From the NCBI GenBank assembly GCA_030704615.1, contig CM060731.1, forward strand, positions 81,654,001 through 81,718,000: a stretch of 64,000 bases of DNA, read 5' to 3'. The translations under genes were made by a program, and so were the position numbers. Below the pieces are notes generated by a model, which was not told the origin of the DNA, did not search any database, and worked only from the letters and a program-made list of their open reading frames with translations. The DNA comes from Takakia lepidozioides. Lineage: Eukaryota > Plantae > Bryophyta. The stretch's first letter is position 1. The number at the start of each line of letters is the position of its first letter. Below, in pieces: positions 1-12,600 of the stretch.

Positions 1-2616
1 TTGCAGGAGTGCATGAACTTGAAAGACCTATCAGAGGGAAAGCAGGTGCACGACCACATGAACCGATGCGGGTTTAAGCCAAACATATTTCTACTCAACA
101 CCCTTGTCAACATGTATACCAAGTGCAGGAGTGTGGTGGATGCACGCCAAGTGTTTGATAAAATGCCTGAACGAGATATGTTTACATGGACTATAATGAT
201 GGCAGGATATGCCAAGCATGGGCATGCTGAGGAGGCTTTAAAAATCTACGAGCAAATGCAATGGGAAGGAGTGGTACCTGACAGGGTCACGTTCACTTGT
301 GTTCTAAATGCATGTGCCAGCTTAGGAGCCCTGGAAAAGGGCAAGCGGGTCCATGCTGACATCTACAAAAGTGGAATTATGTTGGATATCATCCTGCAGA
401 ACACCCTTGTTGATATGTATGCAAAATGTGGGAGTGTGAAAGATGCATGCCAAGTTTTTGAAAACATGGCCCAAAAAGATGTGGTTTCTTGGAACATCAT
501 GATTGCAGGATATGGCCAGCATGGGTGTAGTGAGGATGCTTTTAAGATCTATGAGAGGATGCAACAGAAAGGGGTAATGCCTGACAGGGTGACGTTCACT
601 TGTGTTCTCAATGCGTGTGCCAACCTAGGCTCTCTGGAAAAGGGCAGGCAGGTTCATGCTAACCTAGTCAAAGCAAACATTGCATCATATATTAATTTGG
701 AGAATTCTCTTGTAGACATGTATTCCAAATGCGGGAGCATGATTGGTGCACGTCAAGTGTTTGATAATATGGCAAAACGAGATGTTGTCTCATGGAGCAC
801 AATGATTGCTGGATATGCTCAGCATGGGTTTGGTAAGGAGGCTTTACAGATTTATGACCAAATGCTAAAGGAGGGGGTGACGCCTGACAGGGTCACGTTC
901 ACTTGCGTCCTTAATGCATGTGCCAGCCTAGGAGCCCTGGAAAAGGGCAAGCAAGTCCATGCTGACATCAACAAAAGCAGAATTGCACCAGATATTATTT
1001 TGGAGAATACCCTTGTGGACATGTATGCCAAATGCGGGGGCATGAAGGATGCCCTCCAAGTGTTTGACAGTATGGCTCAACAAGATGTGGTCTCATGGAG
1101 TGCCATGATTGCAGGATATGCACAGCATGGTTGTGGTAGTTTGGCTTTCAATATGTATGAAGAAATGCAAGAGAAAGGAGTGACACCCAACAGGGTCACT
1201 TTTATGGGCGTTCTAAATGCATGTGCCAGTCTAGGAGCCCTAGAAAAGGGCAGAGAAGTGCATGCTGCCATCATCAAAGCTGGGATCACATCATATATTA
1301 ATTTGGAGAACACCCTTGTTGACATGTATGCTAAGTGTGGGAGCATGAAAGATGCGCATGAAGTGTTCGATAATATGGCAAAGCGAGATGTGGTCTCGTG
1401 GAGCGCAATGATTGCAGGATATGCTCATCATGGGTGTGGTAGGGAAGCTTTCAAGGTCTACGAGCAAATGCACCAGGCAGGGGTGATGGCCAACGGAATA
1501 ACATTCATTTCCATTCTAAATGCATGTGCCAACTTAGGAGCCCTGGAAAAGGGCAAAGAGGTCCATGCTGACCTTATTAAAGCTGGAATATTATCATATA
1601 TTAATTTGGAGAATGCCCTTGTCGCAATGTATGTCAAATGTGGGAGCATGAAGGATGCACGGCAAGTGTTCAACAATATGGCAGAACGAAATGTAATCTC
1701 ATGGAGCGCAATGATCACAGGATGTTCCCAGCATGGGTGGGGTTGGGAGGCCTTGCAAGTGTTTGAACAAATGCAACAGGAGGGACTGAAGCCAAACAGT
1801 ATCACCTTTACATCTCTACTCTCGGCTTGTAGTCATGTGGGCCTGGTGGATGAAGGCCGTCATTACTTTGAGTCAATGAGTCGAGATCATGGGCTCCCTC
1901 CTACATTAGAACATTTTGGCTGCATGGTAGACCTCCTTGGCCGTGCAGGGCGATTGGAAGAGGCAGAGGATTTCATCAACAAAATGCCAATGAAACCAGA
2001 TGCTGGAGTGTGGAGGGGCTTGCTTGGTGCCTGCAGAATTCATGGCGATGTTGTGGCAGCAGAACGTGCAGCAGAAAGCATTCTCAAGAGGGACCCCCAG
2101 TATGCTTCAGCTTATGTGTTGTTATCAAACATCTATGCTGCAGCTGGCAGGTGGGATGATAAAGCAAAGGTGAGACAAATGATGGAGGATAGAGGTGTTA
2201 AAAAAGAACCAGGGTACAGTTGGATTGAGATTGACAAGAGGGTGCATACATTTGGCGTCGAAGACGAGTCCCATCCTCAGATTAAGGAAGTCCATGCTGA
2301 GTTGAACAGATTGTCTGAGCTGATGAAGGAGGCCGGGTATGTGCCTGACACTAGCTTTGCATTAGATGCTGTGGAGGAGGAGCAAAAGGAATTCTCTCTT
2401 TGCTACCACAGTGAGAGGCTAGCCATTGCTCTTGGGCTCATCAGTACGCCCAATGGGACACCTGTCCGTGTCATCAAGAATCTTCGGGTGTGTGGGGACT
2501 GCCACACTGCCACAAAGTTCATCTCAAAGATTGTTGGGCGAGCAATTGCTATACGGGATGTGAGCCGCTTTCACCATTTTGAAGATGGGGTCTGTACTTG
2601 TGGGGATTACTGGTGA
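1..2616 (+). CDS. PLS-class pentatricopeptide repeat protein with E1-E2-DYW domains (organellar C-to-U RNA editing factor); 5' end lies outside the window
   Basis: Uninterrupted 871-codon ORF starting at TTG at base 1, so probably truncated. Repeated P-L-S triplets of ~101 aa/303 nt, PG box (KKEPGYSWIE), deaminase motifs HSERLA and CGDCH, terminal DYW-stop. Confidence 0.97.
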   Translation: MQECMNLKDLSEGKQVHDHMNRCGFKPNIFLLNTLVNMYTKCRSVVDARQVFDKMPERDMFTWTIMMAGYAKHGHAEEALKIYEQMQWEGVVPDRVTFTCVLNACASLGALEKGKRVHADIYKSGIMLDIILQNTLVDMYAKCGSVKDACQVFENMAQKDVVSWNIMIAGYGQHGCSEDAFKIYERMQQKGVMPDRVTFTCVLNACANLGSLEKGRQVHANLVKANIASYINLENSLVDMYSKCGSMIGARQVFDNMAKRDVVSWSTMIAGYAQHGFGKEALQIYDQMLKEGVTPDRVTFTCVLNACASLGALEKGKQVHADINKSRIAPDIILENTLVDMYAKCGGMKDALQVFDSMAQQDVVSWSAMIAGYAQHGCGSLAFNMYEEMQEKGVTPNRVTFMGVLNACASLGALEKGREVHAAIIKAGITSYINLENTLVDMYAKCGSMKDAHEVFDNMAKRDVVSWSAMIAGYAHHGCGREAFKVYEQMHQAGVMANGITFISILNACANLGALEKGKEVHADLIKAGILSYINLENALVAMYVKCGSMKDARQVFNNMAERNVISWSAMITGCSQHGWGWEALQVFEQMQQEGLKPNSITFTSLLSACSHVGLVDEGRHYFESMSRDHGLPPTLEHFGCMVDLLGRAGRLEEAEDFINKMPMKPDAGVWRGLLGACRIHGDVVAAERAAESILKRDPQYASAYVLLSNIYAAAGRWDDKAKVRQMMEDRGVKKEPGYSWIEIDKRVHTFGVEDESHPQIKEVHAELNRLSELMKEAGYVPDTSFALDAVEEEQKEFSLCYHSERLAIALGLISTPNGTPVRVIKNLRVCGDCHTATKFISKIVGRAIAIRDVSRFHHFEDGVCTCGDYW

Positions 2617-3356
2617 AACAGACAAGTGGAAAGATCATATGCGGGGATTTCCATCAGCATGGACCAGCTTGTGCATTCCAGGGATGGGGTAATTTGTCGA
2701 TGTTGATCTATCTATCATGTGGTGACAGATCCGTGGGCTCCTTGGTGGAGGCACTCCTTGTGGGAAGATGCACATGGTAACATACAGAGCCTCACATACA
2801 AGGATCGGGTGGATCGCGCCAGCACATCACAAACATAATCTGGGAATTCAATGAGGCTTTGCTGTTTGGTTTCAGAGGGATCCTTGAGATGTTTTCCTTC
2901 AGGGTGGGCTCCTGTCTAGTATGCCAGAGCTTAAGTATTCTTTGATCTGCAATGTTTTCAGGGGGCATCTTTCAAAAACCAGTTCAGTTGGCTGGTCGTT
3001 ATGTTAGGGTGCATTTGATCGGCGGTCGTCGTGTGCATAATAACAAGGAGCAGGAGCAGATTTGCTTATTTGCTAAATTTGCTAAATTTGCTTACGCCAT
3101 GTTCTTGTTGGCCTGTTAAGACAGTCTATTGCGAGCCTCCAACGGGTCATGATGAAAGTTGCCATCCTTAGCGGTGTCTGTTTGTCTTTGGTCAGCTTTT
3201 CACCTCTTCTGTTTATCAGTATGGCATGCGTAGTCAACACGTCAGTAATTTGAATGTGAGCTTGTCAGCTTTGTGCTCTTACTTCCCATTAGTGGACCAC
3301 TCATTGTTCATGGACCACACTGGCTTCTAGAGCTAATTTTATGTTTCTCTTGGCAG

Positions 3357-5244
3357 CTCTTCAGCTTCGCAGATATGTATCGGGGCAAGTATGACAGCAG
3401 CATAAGTGTTGTCAAAAAGTACTACCAGTCTGACAGCGGTTATGATGTATACTCTCTTTTCTCCTGGTCGAATCTAGCAAGTAGCCCATCCTTTGCAAGC
3501 TTCTTGAATTGTGCAGGACTGAGGTTGAATCTTGAAAAAGTAGTAGGGAAGATGTGAAGTATTGCTCTCCGATCTGAAAGCGGTGGCTTGTGAATTTGGG
3601 ATAATATTTCCAGTTAGTATAATTATGGGTTGGTGTGTAGTCTAGCGTTTCTAGTGTCAAAAATGTTCTGAAGTGTCTGAAAGGAGAGGCAACATGATAC
3701 TCAGTGTTAATCTGAATGCTGTTTGTGAGCCTGACTACAACCTTGGTGTCTCCAGGTGGCATGTATTGGGTATTCTACTGGAACAACATGCAATATGTCT
3801 CTACAGCTGCCTTCGTCTTGACTGTTGCACATGACTATTACTCTGCAGCTGGCCAGCAATTGAGCCACTGCTCCTCTACAGTGGACACTACAGAACTTTT
3901 AGGTGCAGGAAAAAGGCACAGGTATGTAAGTCTTTGTTTCCCTGGTTGAATACACAATTTGTTTCTTCCATTTCTGTGGTCCAGAGTACTGTCTCTATCT
4001 ACTTGTGGTCTGGGGATGACTGGTAGTCTTGTCTTTTCGTCCCTCTTGGACAAGTGTAGGCATGCCAGAGACTAACATTCTTACATGTTTCACTCAGGTT
4101 GACTACATACTTGGTAACAATAACAGAGGAATGAGTTACCTCGTTAGATTTGGCCAGAACTACCCTCAGCAAGACATCGAATTTGTGAGCTGCCGTAGTG
4201 GCTATGCAGATTGGTACCAGTTGCAAAGCCCAAATCCCAATATACTTGTCAGGGCACTGGTTGGGGGCCCTGAGGAGAACTTTGATTTTGTTGACCGGAG
4301 AGATAACTTCGTGATGACAGAACCAACCACTTACAACACTGCTCGATTGGTGGGAGTCCTGTCCGGCTGCAAGGTGGTGGAAGCACATCACAGAGCTCTC
4401 CAGGTGTAGAGTCACACCCCTTCTTAAATTTTCTGTTCTTGTCAATTCTTGGCCTTGATATCTCAGTTCTTTTCTCCATCTTCTTATTTTTCTCATTCGA
4501 AGTGTCCCAACTTCTAAACACCTGTCCTGGGTCGTGTGGCTTTTCTTTAGCAAGCTCTTTCACTGATATTCCCAGAGCAATTCCCTGTCACTTCAATTAC
4601 TTTTGGCATGGGAAACATTCCTTCCAAGGATAACCTGGCTAACTTGAATCCTGGCTGCATATCTTACAATAAGATCTCTTGTGATATGATTTGTGTTTTC
4701 TTCTTTCCTTGTCTTACCTCTAAGTATCTGGGACATGCAGATTTGAGGTCATCTGGAGTGGGCACAACAGGGTCTCAACAGCGTACACATCAGAGCCAAC
4801 AGAACTATCATCCTCATCCTGGTTAAGTACAATGGATTCAATTGAAACTGCATTTTGGCTCAGAACCCGCCACATTCTGTCTGTGTACAATGGTGTCTAA
4901 CTCGCCTTGCATTTGCAGTGGCAGGCCATGGAGCAGTCATGGTCCATCCACCTATTGTAGTGGTCCAGGAGCTCCAGGATGAATGGGCTTATGAAGGCAA
5001 GACTTTCTACAAGTATGCTGGCACAGTAATCAACAACTCAAAGCACACCGTAAACAATCTCACAATTGTGATCCACAGGGTACACGGTCCCATCTGGGGT
5101 CTAAACCCCAAGCATGTCAATGGAAACTATTATACTTTGCCCCAGTGGACCAGGTCATTATCCCCAGGCCAAAGATTTGATTTTGCATATGTCCATTCCA
5201 CCAATGCAGCACAGATCTTCGTAGGCATGTACAACGACAAATGA
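3357..5244 (+). pseudogene. Decayed 3' half of a GH9 class C endo-1,4-beta-glucanase with C-terminal CBM49
   Basis: GT-AG exons 3357-3446 (LFSFADMYRGKYDSSI..SGYD), 3756-3921 (GG..WNNMQYVS), 4098-4403 (VDYILG..YPQQ..LVGGP..DRRDNF..TEPTTYN), 4741-4821 (linker), 4919-5244 (CBM49-like ..HGPIWGL..LPQW..FDFAYVH). The DELLWAA exon is missing, the HHR motif is deleted, and frameshifts are needed near 3910-3914 and ~4363. Confidence 0.85.
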
Positions 5245-6665
5245 GGTTCTGGTGGTGCTTTTAATCTGTATCCAAGTTGAAGTTGTTTCACTTGGAATAT
5301 ATTCTTCACATAGCTGGGAGCTGTAGCCTCTTTCATAGACAGGAGAGCTATGGCCAATCTGTCTCCTTAAATAGAGTTGAGATTTTACTTATGGTGTGTT
5401 CTGAGCTGCTTGAGCAAAGGCCCGGTCGTACGGAACTCTCCCGAGGTAGTACATAGTTAAGTACAGAGCTTTTCTGAAGAGTGCCCCCCACGCAGAAAGT
5501 CCCCATGAACTCCTATCTTTGGGGATTCTGACAAATATCTTTGGAACTCCCAGACAGTCGGCCATTCTTTAAACTGGAGGTTGGACTGTGTCATTGTATG
5601 TATAAGTTAAGTAATCTGAAGTAAAAGTTTTCGTTTGCGAATCTGGACGAGTGCACCCATTCATGTTTATGGAAGTTTCTCTTCCGCATTTCTCCTTGGA
5701 TCCGGTGGCGTAGATTAACGTTACTTTTTCCCTGATCCCAGGATAAGAAGGGAAGTGTCTCTGGCGGGATTCGAAAGCGGGACCACCTGAGGTACAGTAC
5801 TAATGATGATGGACATTCATCCAGCACCCATTTCCCGTTCCGTTGCTGAACAACCCGTTGACTGGAACTGGTTACCTCAGGGCCGACAGGTGACGCAGTA
5901 TACTGCGTCACATCCTGCGTAAAATACTGGTACGAGGGCCGCGGGCTACATCCCGTCAGCCGGTCACAATAGGAAATAAAGGTGACCGGATATCGCAGGA
6001 AGGGCGATGGATGAGGCATGCGGATGTGGGGCCGGGCGGGGTAGGCCTTCATAGCCCTCTCGTCGGGTCCGGTCGCTTTGCCTCGGGAGCCTAGCAGCGA
6101 GGGCCGCTTGCTTCTGTTCCGAGAGTTCAAACCCCACGCGAGCGGGTGAGTAGAAGAGCCATTTGGTGGTGTGGAGTGGTGTGGAGCAGAGTGTGTGTGC
6201 GGAGAGAGTGTGTTGTGGGAGTGTTTTTTGGAAATTTTAGTTTGGTGCCGAGAGCAGGTAGGAGAGAGGGGGAGAGGGTGGGAAGAATGAGTGGAGGAAT
6301 ACTAGAGGGGAAGAGGAAGAGGAATGGGAAGAGGAGGATTTGATGGGGAGAGGGTGTGTTCGTGCGTGCGAGAGGTAATTTAGCAGGTTTCATGGAGATT
6401 GTGAGAGAAGGCGAAATGAGGTCAATTGTGGATTCAAATATGGTTCAGCTTTGCGGGAGAGTGGGACCTTGAAGCGGATGAGGCATTGCGTTTCAGACAC
6501 ATGGAGCACGGAAAGTTCAGCAGTTTTTGCGTGTGTGTGTGTGTACGATGACATAGGGAGGGAACACACGCTCAAAGGGGAAAGAGAGTATAGACGGACC
6601 ACCATGGAGTGCAGAGGGTGAGGGTCCACTGCTAGACAGGGTGCGACATCGAGAGCTCGCAGAAG

Positions 6666-9600
6666 ATGATTGCATCTGAACCTTTTAATGGTGGGAGAGA
6701 AGGTGGATCTCTCTCCCAAGCTCCTGTGGATGGATTGGAGCCTTCTACGGTGGTGAACGTGGAACAGTTTGATGGCTCGAGCGACGAGGACCTCTTCAAG
6801 GTGGAGAGCAGTGACGAGGAGATTGGGGAAGCGGGATCTGACGATTTAAATTTGGCATGCATTGATGGCACCACTCTCCCTCTCCCTCAAACAGGGTACC
6901 GCCCGAACATATCGACGACGGGAGCACAAGAACATGCCTACTTAGGGCTTAGGAACAGAGACGAGCAACGCACCAATGCAGATGATGGCTCCCTCTTCGA
7001 CATCGGAAGGGGAAACGAATCTGCAATTGATAGAGTAGGTGGTGAAACCGTGGGCCAAGTCCCTTTTGGGGAGTATTCAAACAGGGGTGAAAGATCCTCG
7101 TATGGTGGATACGAGGAGGGAGTGGGAATATTTCGGAGTGAAGAACCTGTTGAATCTCACGGGCATTTTGTTAAGGTGGCCGCCCATAGAGAGCACTACC
7201 GGGAATTGCCCGCCGGACCGTTCAAAGTTGGTTCTCCGTTTGGCAGACGCGGGGAAGATGATAGTGATGCCTTGCACTCGTTTGAAGGCTTGCGGGGGGA
7301 CGAGGGACCACCGATGGATGCTTTTGGCTCAAAGATTGCTTCCATATTTGGAGATATTGAAGGAAAGGAGGGTTGTCCCCCCCTTGAAGGAATTTGTCAT
7401 GATTTGCCTGGATATGAATCTTCCTCTGCCGAGGGGGAAGAGGGAGGAGATAACGAGGATGCCTGTGACCGCACAGATGCACAACCAAGACCATTGAGTA
7501 CTGTCAAAGATGCTCAAGACTTTGAAGAAAGGATGGTGGACATGGCAGAAGTGAAGGATGGGACTTTGGACACCAAAAGGGGAGAGCCATCGTCGTCTGC
7601 AAGAGCAGGTGAGGATGCCTTAGCACGGGTTTCTCTATGGAGGATGTTAGTGCAGTAACTGGTGGAAATTGATCACCAAGGCAGTACAATTTGTGTGTGG
7701 TTGGTATAAGCCATTTGGCATTTCTGGTATCTGTTCTTCAGGGACGGCTTACCAGTCAGCGGAATGGTGATTGTCAAGGCTTATGTATGGAGCCTATCCA
7801 TTCAAGTCAGATGAATGTTGAGCGACAAGTGGTTCACCACAGTTGAAGTTGGTGATCAGGTGTTCGTGATTCCTGGTGCTCCAGCAGTTGGCCATGCTTA
7901 GGATCACCCTCAAAATCCTCTAACAACCTGTGTTATAACGTGCCTTCCATGACTCTAATGAACAAAACCTAGTTATGTGGCTGTCCAGTTTGGCATCTGA
8001 TACACAATACTGCAGCCTCAGATGTGTAAGTGCCCAGCATTTGACGACAGTCCCCTTTGAATCAGTTTTCTCAAGGGCACAAATATGACGTATTTGTTGA
8101 TCCTCTTGGTATACTCAGCAAGTCAGCTGAAATCAAAATCTTCATAGCAGTACTAAAAATAAAGGTAGGGAAAGTTAAATTTAGATCTTCATGGCAGTAC
8201 TCACTGAGGTGTCCTTAGGAAACCCTAATCCTTATCTTTATCTTTGCAATTATGTGCTGCTTTAATGTATCTTCAATAGTGAAGAGGTGAACTGACTTGA
8301 ATAGCCATCAAATGTTCCTTTCAGATGCAGAAGTAATCACGCAAGAGACCCTCAGGCACACTGAGGAGAAAGCTACCCCAATGTCATCTATCCCAGGGCA
8401 AAAAGGACGCCGAGTGTCACGTGAGTTGGGAGCACTGTTGGTTGATGCATGTATGGATCGGTTGGGCAGAGGGAGTGCCAGGAAGTCCCTTGTCAGCCAA
8501 AATGCTCATAATGAGGGTGCTGTAGCAGATAAGGGGAGAGCTGGTGATGCTGGGGAGGTAGGCAACCTTGCAATGGGCTTCGATTTTAGAGGGGAGACAG
8601 GGCGGATTCGGGTGACTCGAAGTAGGGCCACAGGGAGGTTCATCAGCCCGAAGGAGGAGAATGGTGGATGTGCCTTGCTAGGTCCAAAAACTGTGGTAGA
8701 TATTGCAGGTGAGATAAGCTCACTTAAATATGAAGTGGTACTTGACATTGAAAGTAGCTTTGGTCTATCAGAATGTATGTTGGCATACTCTGTGCAGCCA
8801 CTGCTCTGAATTGTCCAGAGACTAACTAAGGTGTCTGACTGACTGATTGTGGAGGCTTCGTGCCACAATAGAGCGGAGCATAATTTCTTAGTTGATTAAA
8901 TGGCATCATCTGTTAATGTTTTATGACGTTGACATATATCCCTGGGTACTCATCAGGGAAGCGAACAGGAAAGCGCAGTGCAACAAGAGGGGGCAGGTTA
9001 GGGTGGGGGAGTCCATATGACAGCAACCAGACTGTGGACAGGAATACCCTCACTAGTATGGATGGAGCGGAAAAAGGGGTACCTGGTGGTGCAGAATTGG
9101 GCCATATTATGGAAGTGCAGGTCCTAAAGAAAGGACAAGCTGGGGAGAAGAAAAGGAGGGGAAAGGCTGCCCGTGGGAAGAAGGGTAGTGGGCGCCGAAA
9201 AGGAAAGGAGAGCCAGCTGGGAGAGGATTCAGAGAAAGCAGTACCCAGTGTAGTTCTGTTCAAACCCCTGTGTAAGAGGGATAGGTCCCAGAAAGAGAAG
9301 GGGGCTGTGGAAGAGGAGGGTAGTTTGGATGGAGCCCTACTGGTTGAGAATGGCAGCCCAAGTCAAATGAGAGTTTTGCCACAAAGGGGGTCCAAGTGGG
9401 GTGGGGAAGATGATGACATGGGTGGCCCAGAGCAAGAGAAGGTCTTACAGCTCAGGGTGAGTGGGAGGCGAAGAAGCAGGCGACGGACTGGTAAGGATGT
9501 TGTAGAGGAAACTAGGCTTCTGGGCCAGTCTATTCACCTTGAATGTAGTAAAGTGGATAGTGGTAGTTTGACAGCAGGTAGCGAAAAGATAGGTCAGGGG

Positions 9601-12600
9601 CCTGAGAGTGTAACTAGTGGTGATGGACAGTCGGATGGACCCAAGTTGACATTTGATTTTGGTGGCTTTGAAGAGGGGCTTATGGAGGCATCTTGCAGGG
9701 AACTGTGCAGCAGGTGTTGGAGCGGGGGAACCCGTGGATGGGAGCACCTTAGGATTGTATTCAACACAAGAAAATTGTTTGATTGTGGACGAGTCTCACG
9801 AAGACGGGAGACTGAATAACTCATGCAATCTGGAGGATTTCAAACTTATAAGAGAAAGTCAGGAGACAGAACCTGTTGAGCGCACTGCGGCTGATGGAAC
9901 TGCTCCCTGTTACAGTACAGGTTTGAGGGTCGTTGACAATGAACTGGACCTGGATGAGAAAGAACAGGAAAAGCAGTGTAGGGCACCTGGGTTGAGGGTC
10001 AATGGAGAAGGAGGATTGGAAGTTGAAGTAATGTCAGGAAAAGTAATAGATGCCAGTTCATGCAAGGAATTAATGACTAGTGATGATGCTGGACATAGCA
10101 TTGCTGTTAGAGGAGAGGGAGGAGAAATTCACACTTTTACAGAGGGCATTCCAACGTCAGCAATGCTTCAAGCAAGTAGTTTAGTTACTGAGGATGTTGT
10201 GGTCCAAATTACCAAATGGGGAGTGACCAGAGACAAGGAGGAGGCTCAATTCGGAGAGAGTGAAAACATCATAAAAGCAAGAGAGTGTAGTGGGGAGAGT
10301 GGCAAAACCAGTGGAGTTTGCGGGGAGGATGCCGGTTCTGCAACATCCCCTGACAGTGCGACACAAAGGGCATCGGCAAAGGAAGATGGAAGAAATAACG
10401 ACACAGGCAGCGACAAAGCAGCAGGCAAGAAAGCATTCCATTTGGACCTATGTCCCTCTATCTCTCAACTTCTTTCTATTTCTCCACTATAAGTTCTTTA
10501 TATGATTTTTCCTGCACTCTTTCTTTCTTTCTTTCTTGTATAGCCTCCTGGGCCCTGCATAGGTGCTTGATAGTGACAAACATGACAAACATACTTCATA
10601 ATAGCATTACCCATTACATTTTTAAACCTGAGTTGTGATTGTTCCACTCCAGTCAACTAAAAAAGGTTTAAATTGAGCTCATGCTACTTAGGTGACCGTC
10701 ACACGCAAGTGATGGTCACCATTATTCATGGTCATGGAAGACTTTGTTCCCGGCCTTTTGTACATACTCTTGGTTATGTGCATCTGTAATATAATGTCAA
10801 GCTTCGTTGCAGGGGCTTCAGTGGCTGAAGGCAAGACATTGCAGACTGAGGAAAGAATTGAGGTTGCGTTAAAGCGGCAGGTGAACAAAGGAGAGGAGTT
10901 ATTCCAGAGACCTACGAATGGCAAGCCAAAACAAGCCACTGAGCCCGCAAAAGAGGACGCTTATCCTACTAAAGGGAAAGGAAAGGAGGGTGGAGACCGC
11001 AGGAAGTCACGTGGGAAAGGCAGTAAAGCTAGTGTTGCAAATGAATTGGTTGAGGAGGGGTACAAGGCAGAGCCGAAGGGGCCTTCCCAAGTTTCCAAGG
11101 CACTGTCAACAACACCAGATATTGCTGGAGATGTCACTGGCTTGGGATCAGGGAAGGGGAAACGTAAGAAAGGGAGGGAAGTTTTGAGTAGCTTGCAAGT
11201 AGGCGGAAGTGGGGAAGGTGGAGACGAGGCCATGGATCCATGCATGGATGGACCTCAACCCAAAAAATGTCGGTCTCACATAGATGGAGGGCACCTTGTT
11301 CAGTTTGGCGGTCGGCGATGGAAGAATAGATCAGGCATCGAAGCCCCTGATGCTGCCCAAAATGGAAAAGTGGTGTTAGAAGCCCCTGCCATGGGCAACC
11401 AAGTGGCTCGAAAGTCAGGTATTCTACACATCAACAATCATGGAAACGTCTATGGGTGGTTGAAGAAACAGAAGTACTCATAAAATGGATAGAATAATAT
11501 GATGTTTGCTGTAGCTTTGTGGCTATAGACCCCGGAACAAAAGGGAAAAGACATGACCTTCGTGAGGGGCTTGCTCCAGTCGTGGACCTACTGTGGCTGT
11601 AGCCTTGTGGCCATTGACCCGGCGTCCAGTTTGAGCGGAACACAAAGGGACAGAACCTACTTTGTCAGGGCCTGATGCCGGTAGTAAGACTTACCTTGCA
11701 ATAAACAATTGATCCGAGTTTTCCAGATATCCTCTAGAAATCCCTTTACACAAGCATCAACCTGCTGTGTGTGGTTTGCCCAATAACTAGGGCCCCAAAA
11801 GGGCCTGGGCTCAGCCTCGAGACTTTCAAAGTTGGTAAACAGAGGTACAGGCACCATTCCCTTGAGAGGGAGAGAGAGAGAGATTGTACTCATAAGACGT
11901 TGTTTGCCGTAGCCTTGTGGCCATTGACCCCGCGCCCAGTTTGAGCGGGAACAAAAGGGACAGAACCTACCTCTGTCAGGGGCTGACGTTGGTAGTAAGA
12001 CTTACCTTCATATATAGAATTAATCTGGGTTTTCCAGATATCCTCTAGAAATCCCTTCACACAAGCATCAATCTGCTGTGTGTGATTTGCCCAAAAACTA
12101 GGCCTCAGGAGGGCCTGGGCTTTTGGCTAGCCTCTAGACTTTCAAAGTTGGTAAACAGGGGTACATGCACAATTCCCTTGATAGATTTGAAGAGAGCGTC
12201 TCTTTGGTGAGAGAACCCCGGACAGTGTAACAGAAAATGAATACTGTCTTCAGATTGCCCACACAACGGGCAATTGCACTCTCCCTTTCCTCTCTGCTTC
12301 TGTTTGCTGTTCAAAGGTAGGCTTCCTGCCCTGAGTTTAAATTTCAGTCTAGTGCCGAGAGTGGGTAGACCCTTGAGGTCATCCAAGATGTCCTCCCCCA
12401 TGTCACTGACTGGAAACAAGTTCAGGGAAGTTTTGTGCCTAACTTCATTTTCATCAGACAATCTCATGGCAACAGACATGGCTTTGGACACTACAGCCTC
12501 TAAGTCAGATTTATCCAGCAGGGTCAAGACTTGCGGATCCAGGTCCAGGTCCTTGAGAATCTCTTCTACTCTCTTCTGCCAGGACTTAGCCTGTTTGACA

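Noticed and set aside
322-1805. Periodic antisense ORFs within the PPR gene
   Set aside because: Shadow frames of the 303-nt repeat.
3059-3094. ATTTGCT(A/T)A short tandem repeat
   Set aside because: Four short units, ordinary replication slippage.
5591-6393. 179-aa and 88-aa minus-strand ORFs in GC-rich and purine-skewed DNA
   Set aside because: No recognisable motifs. Position and composition fit the ASHH2 promoter and 5' UTR.
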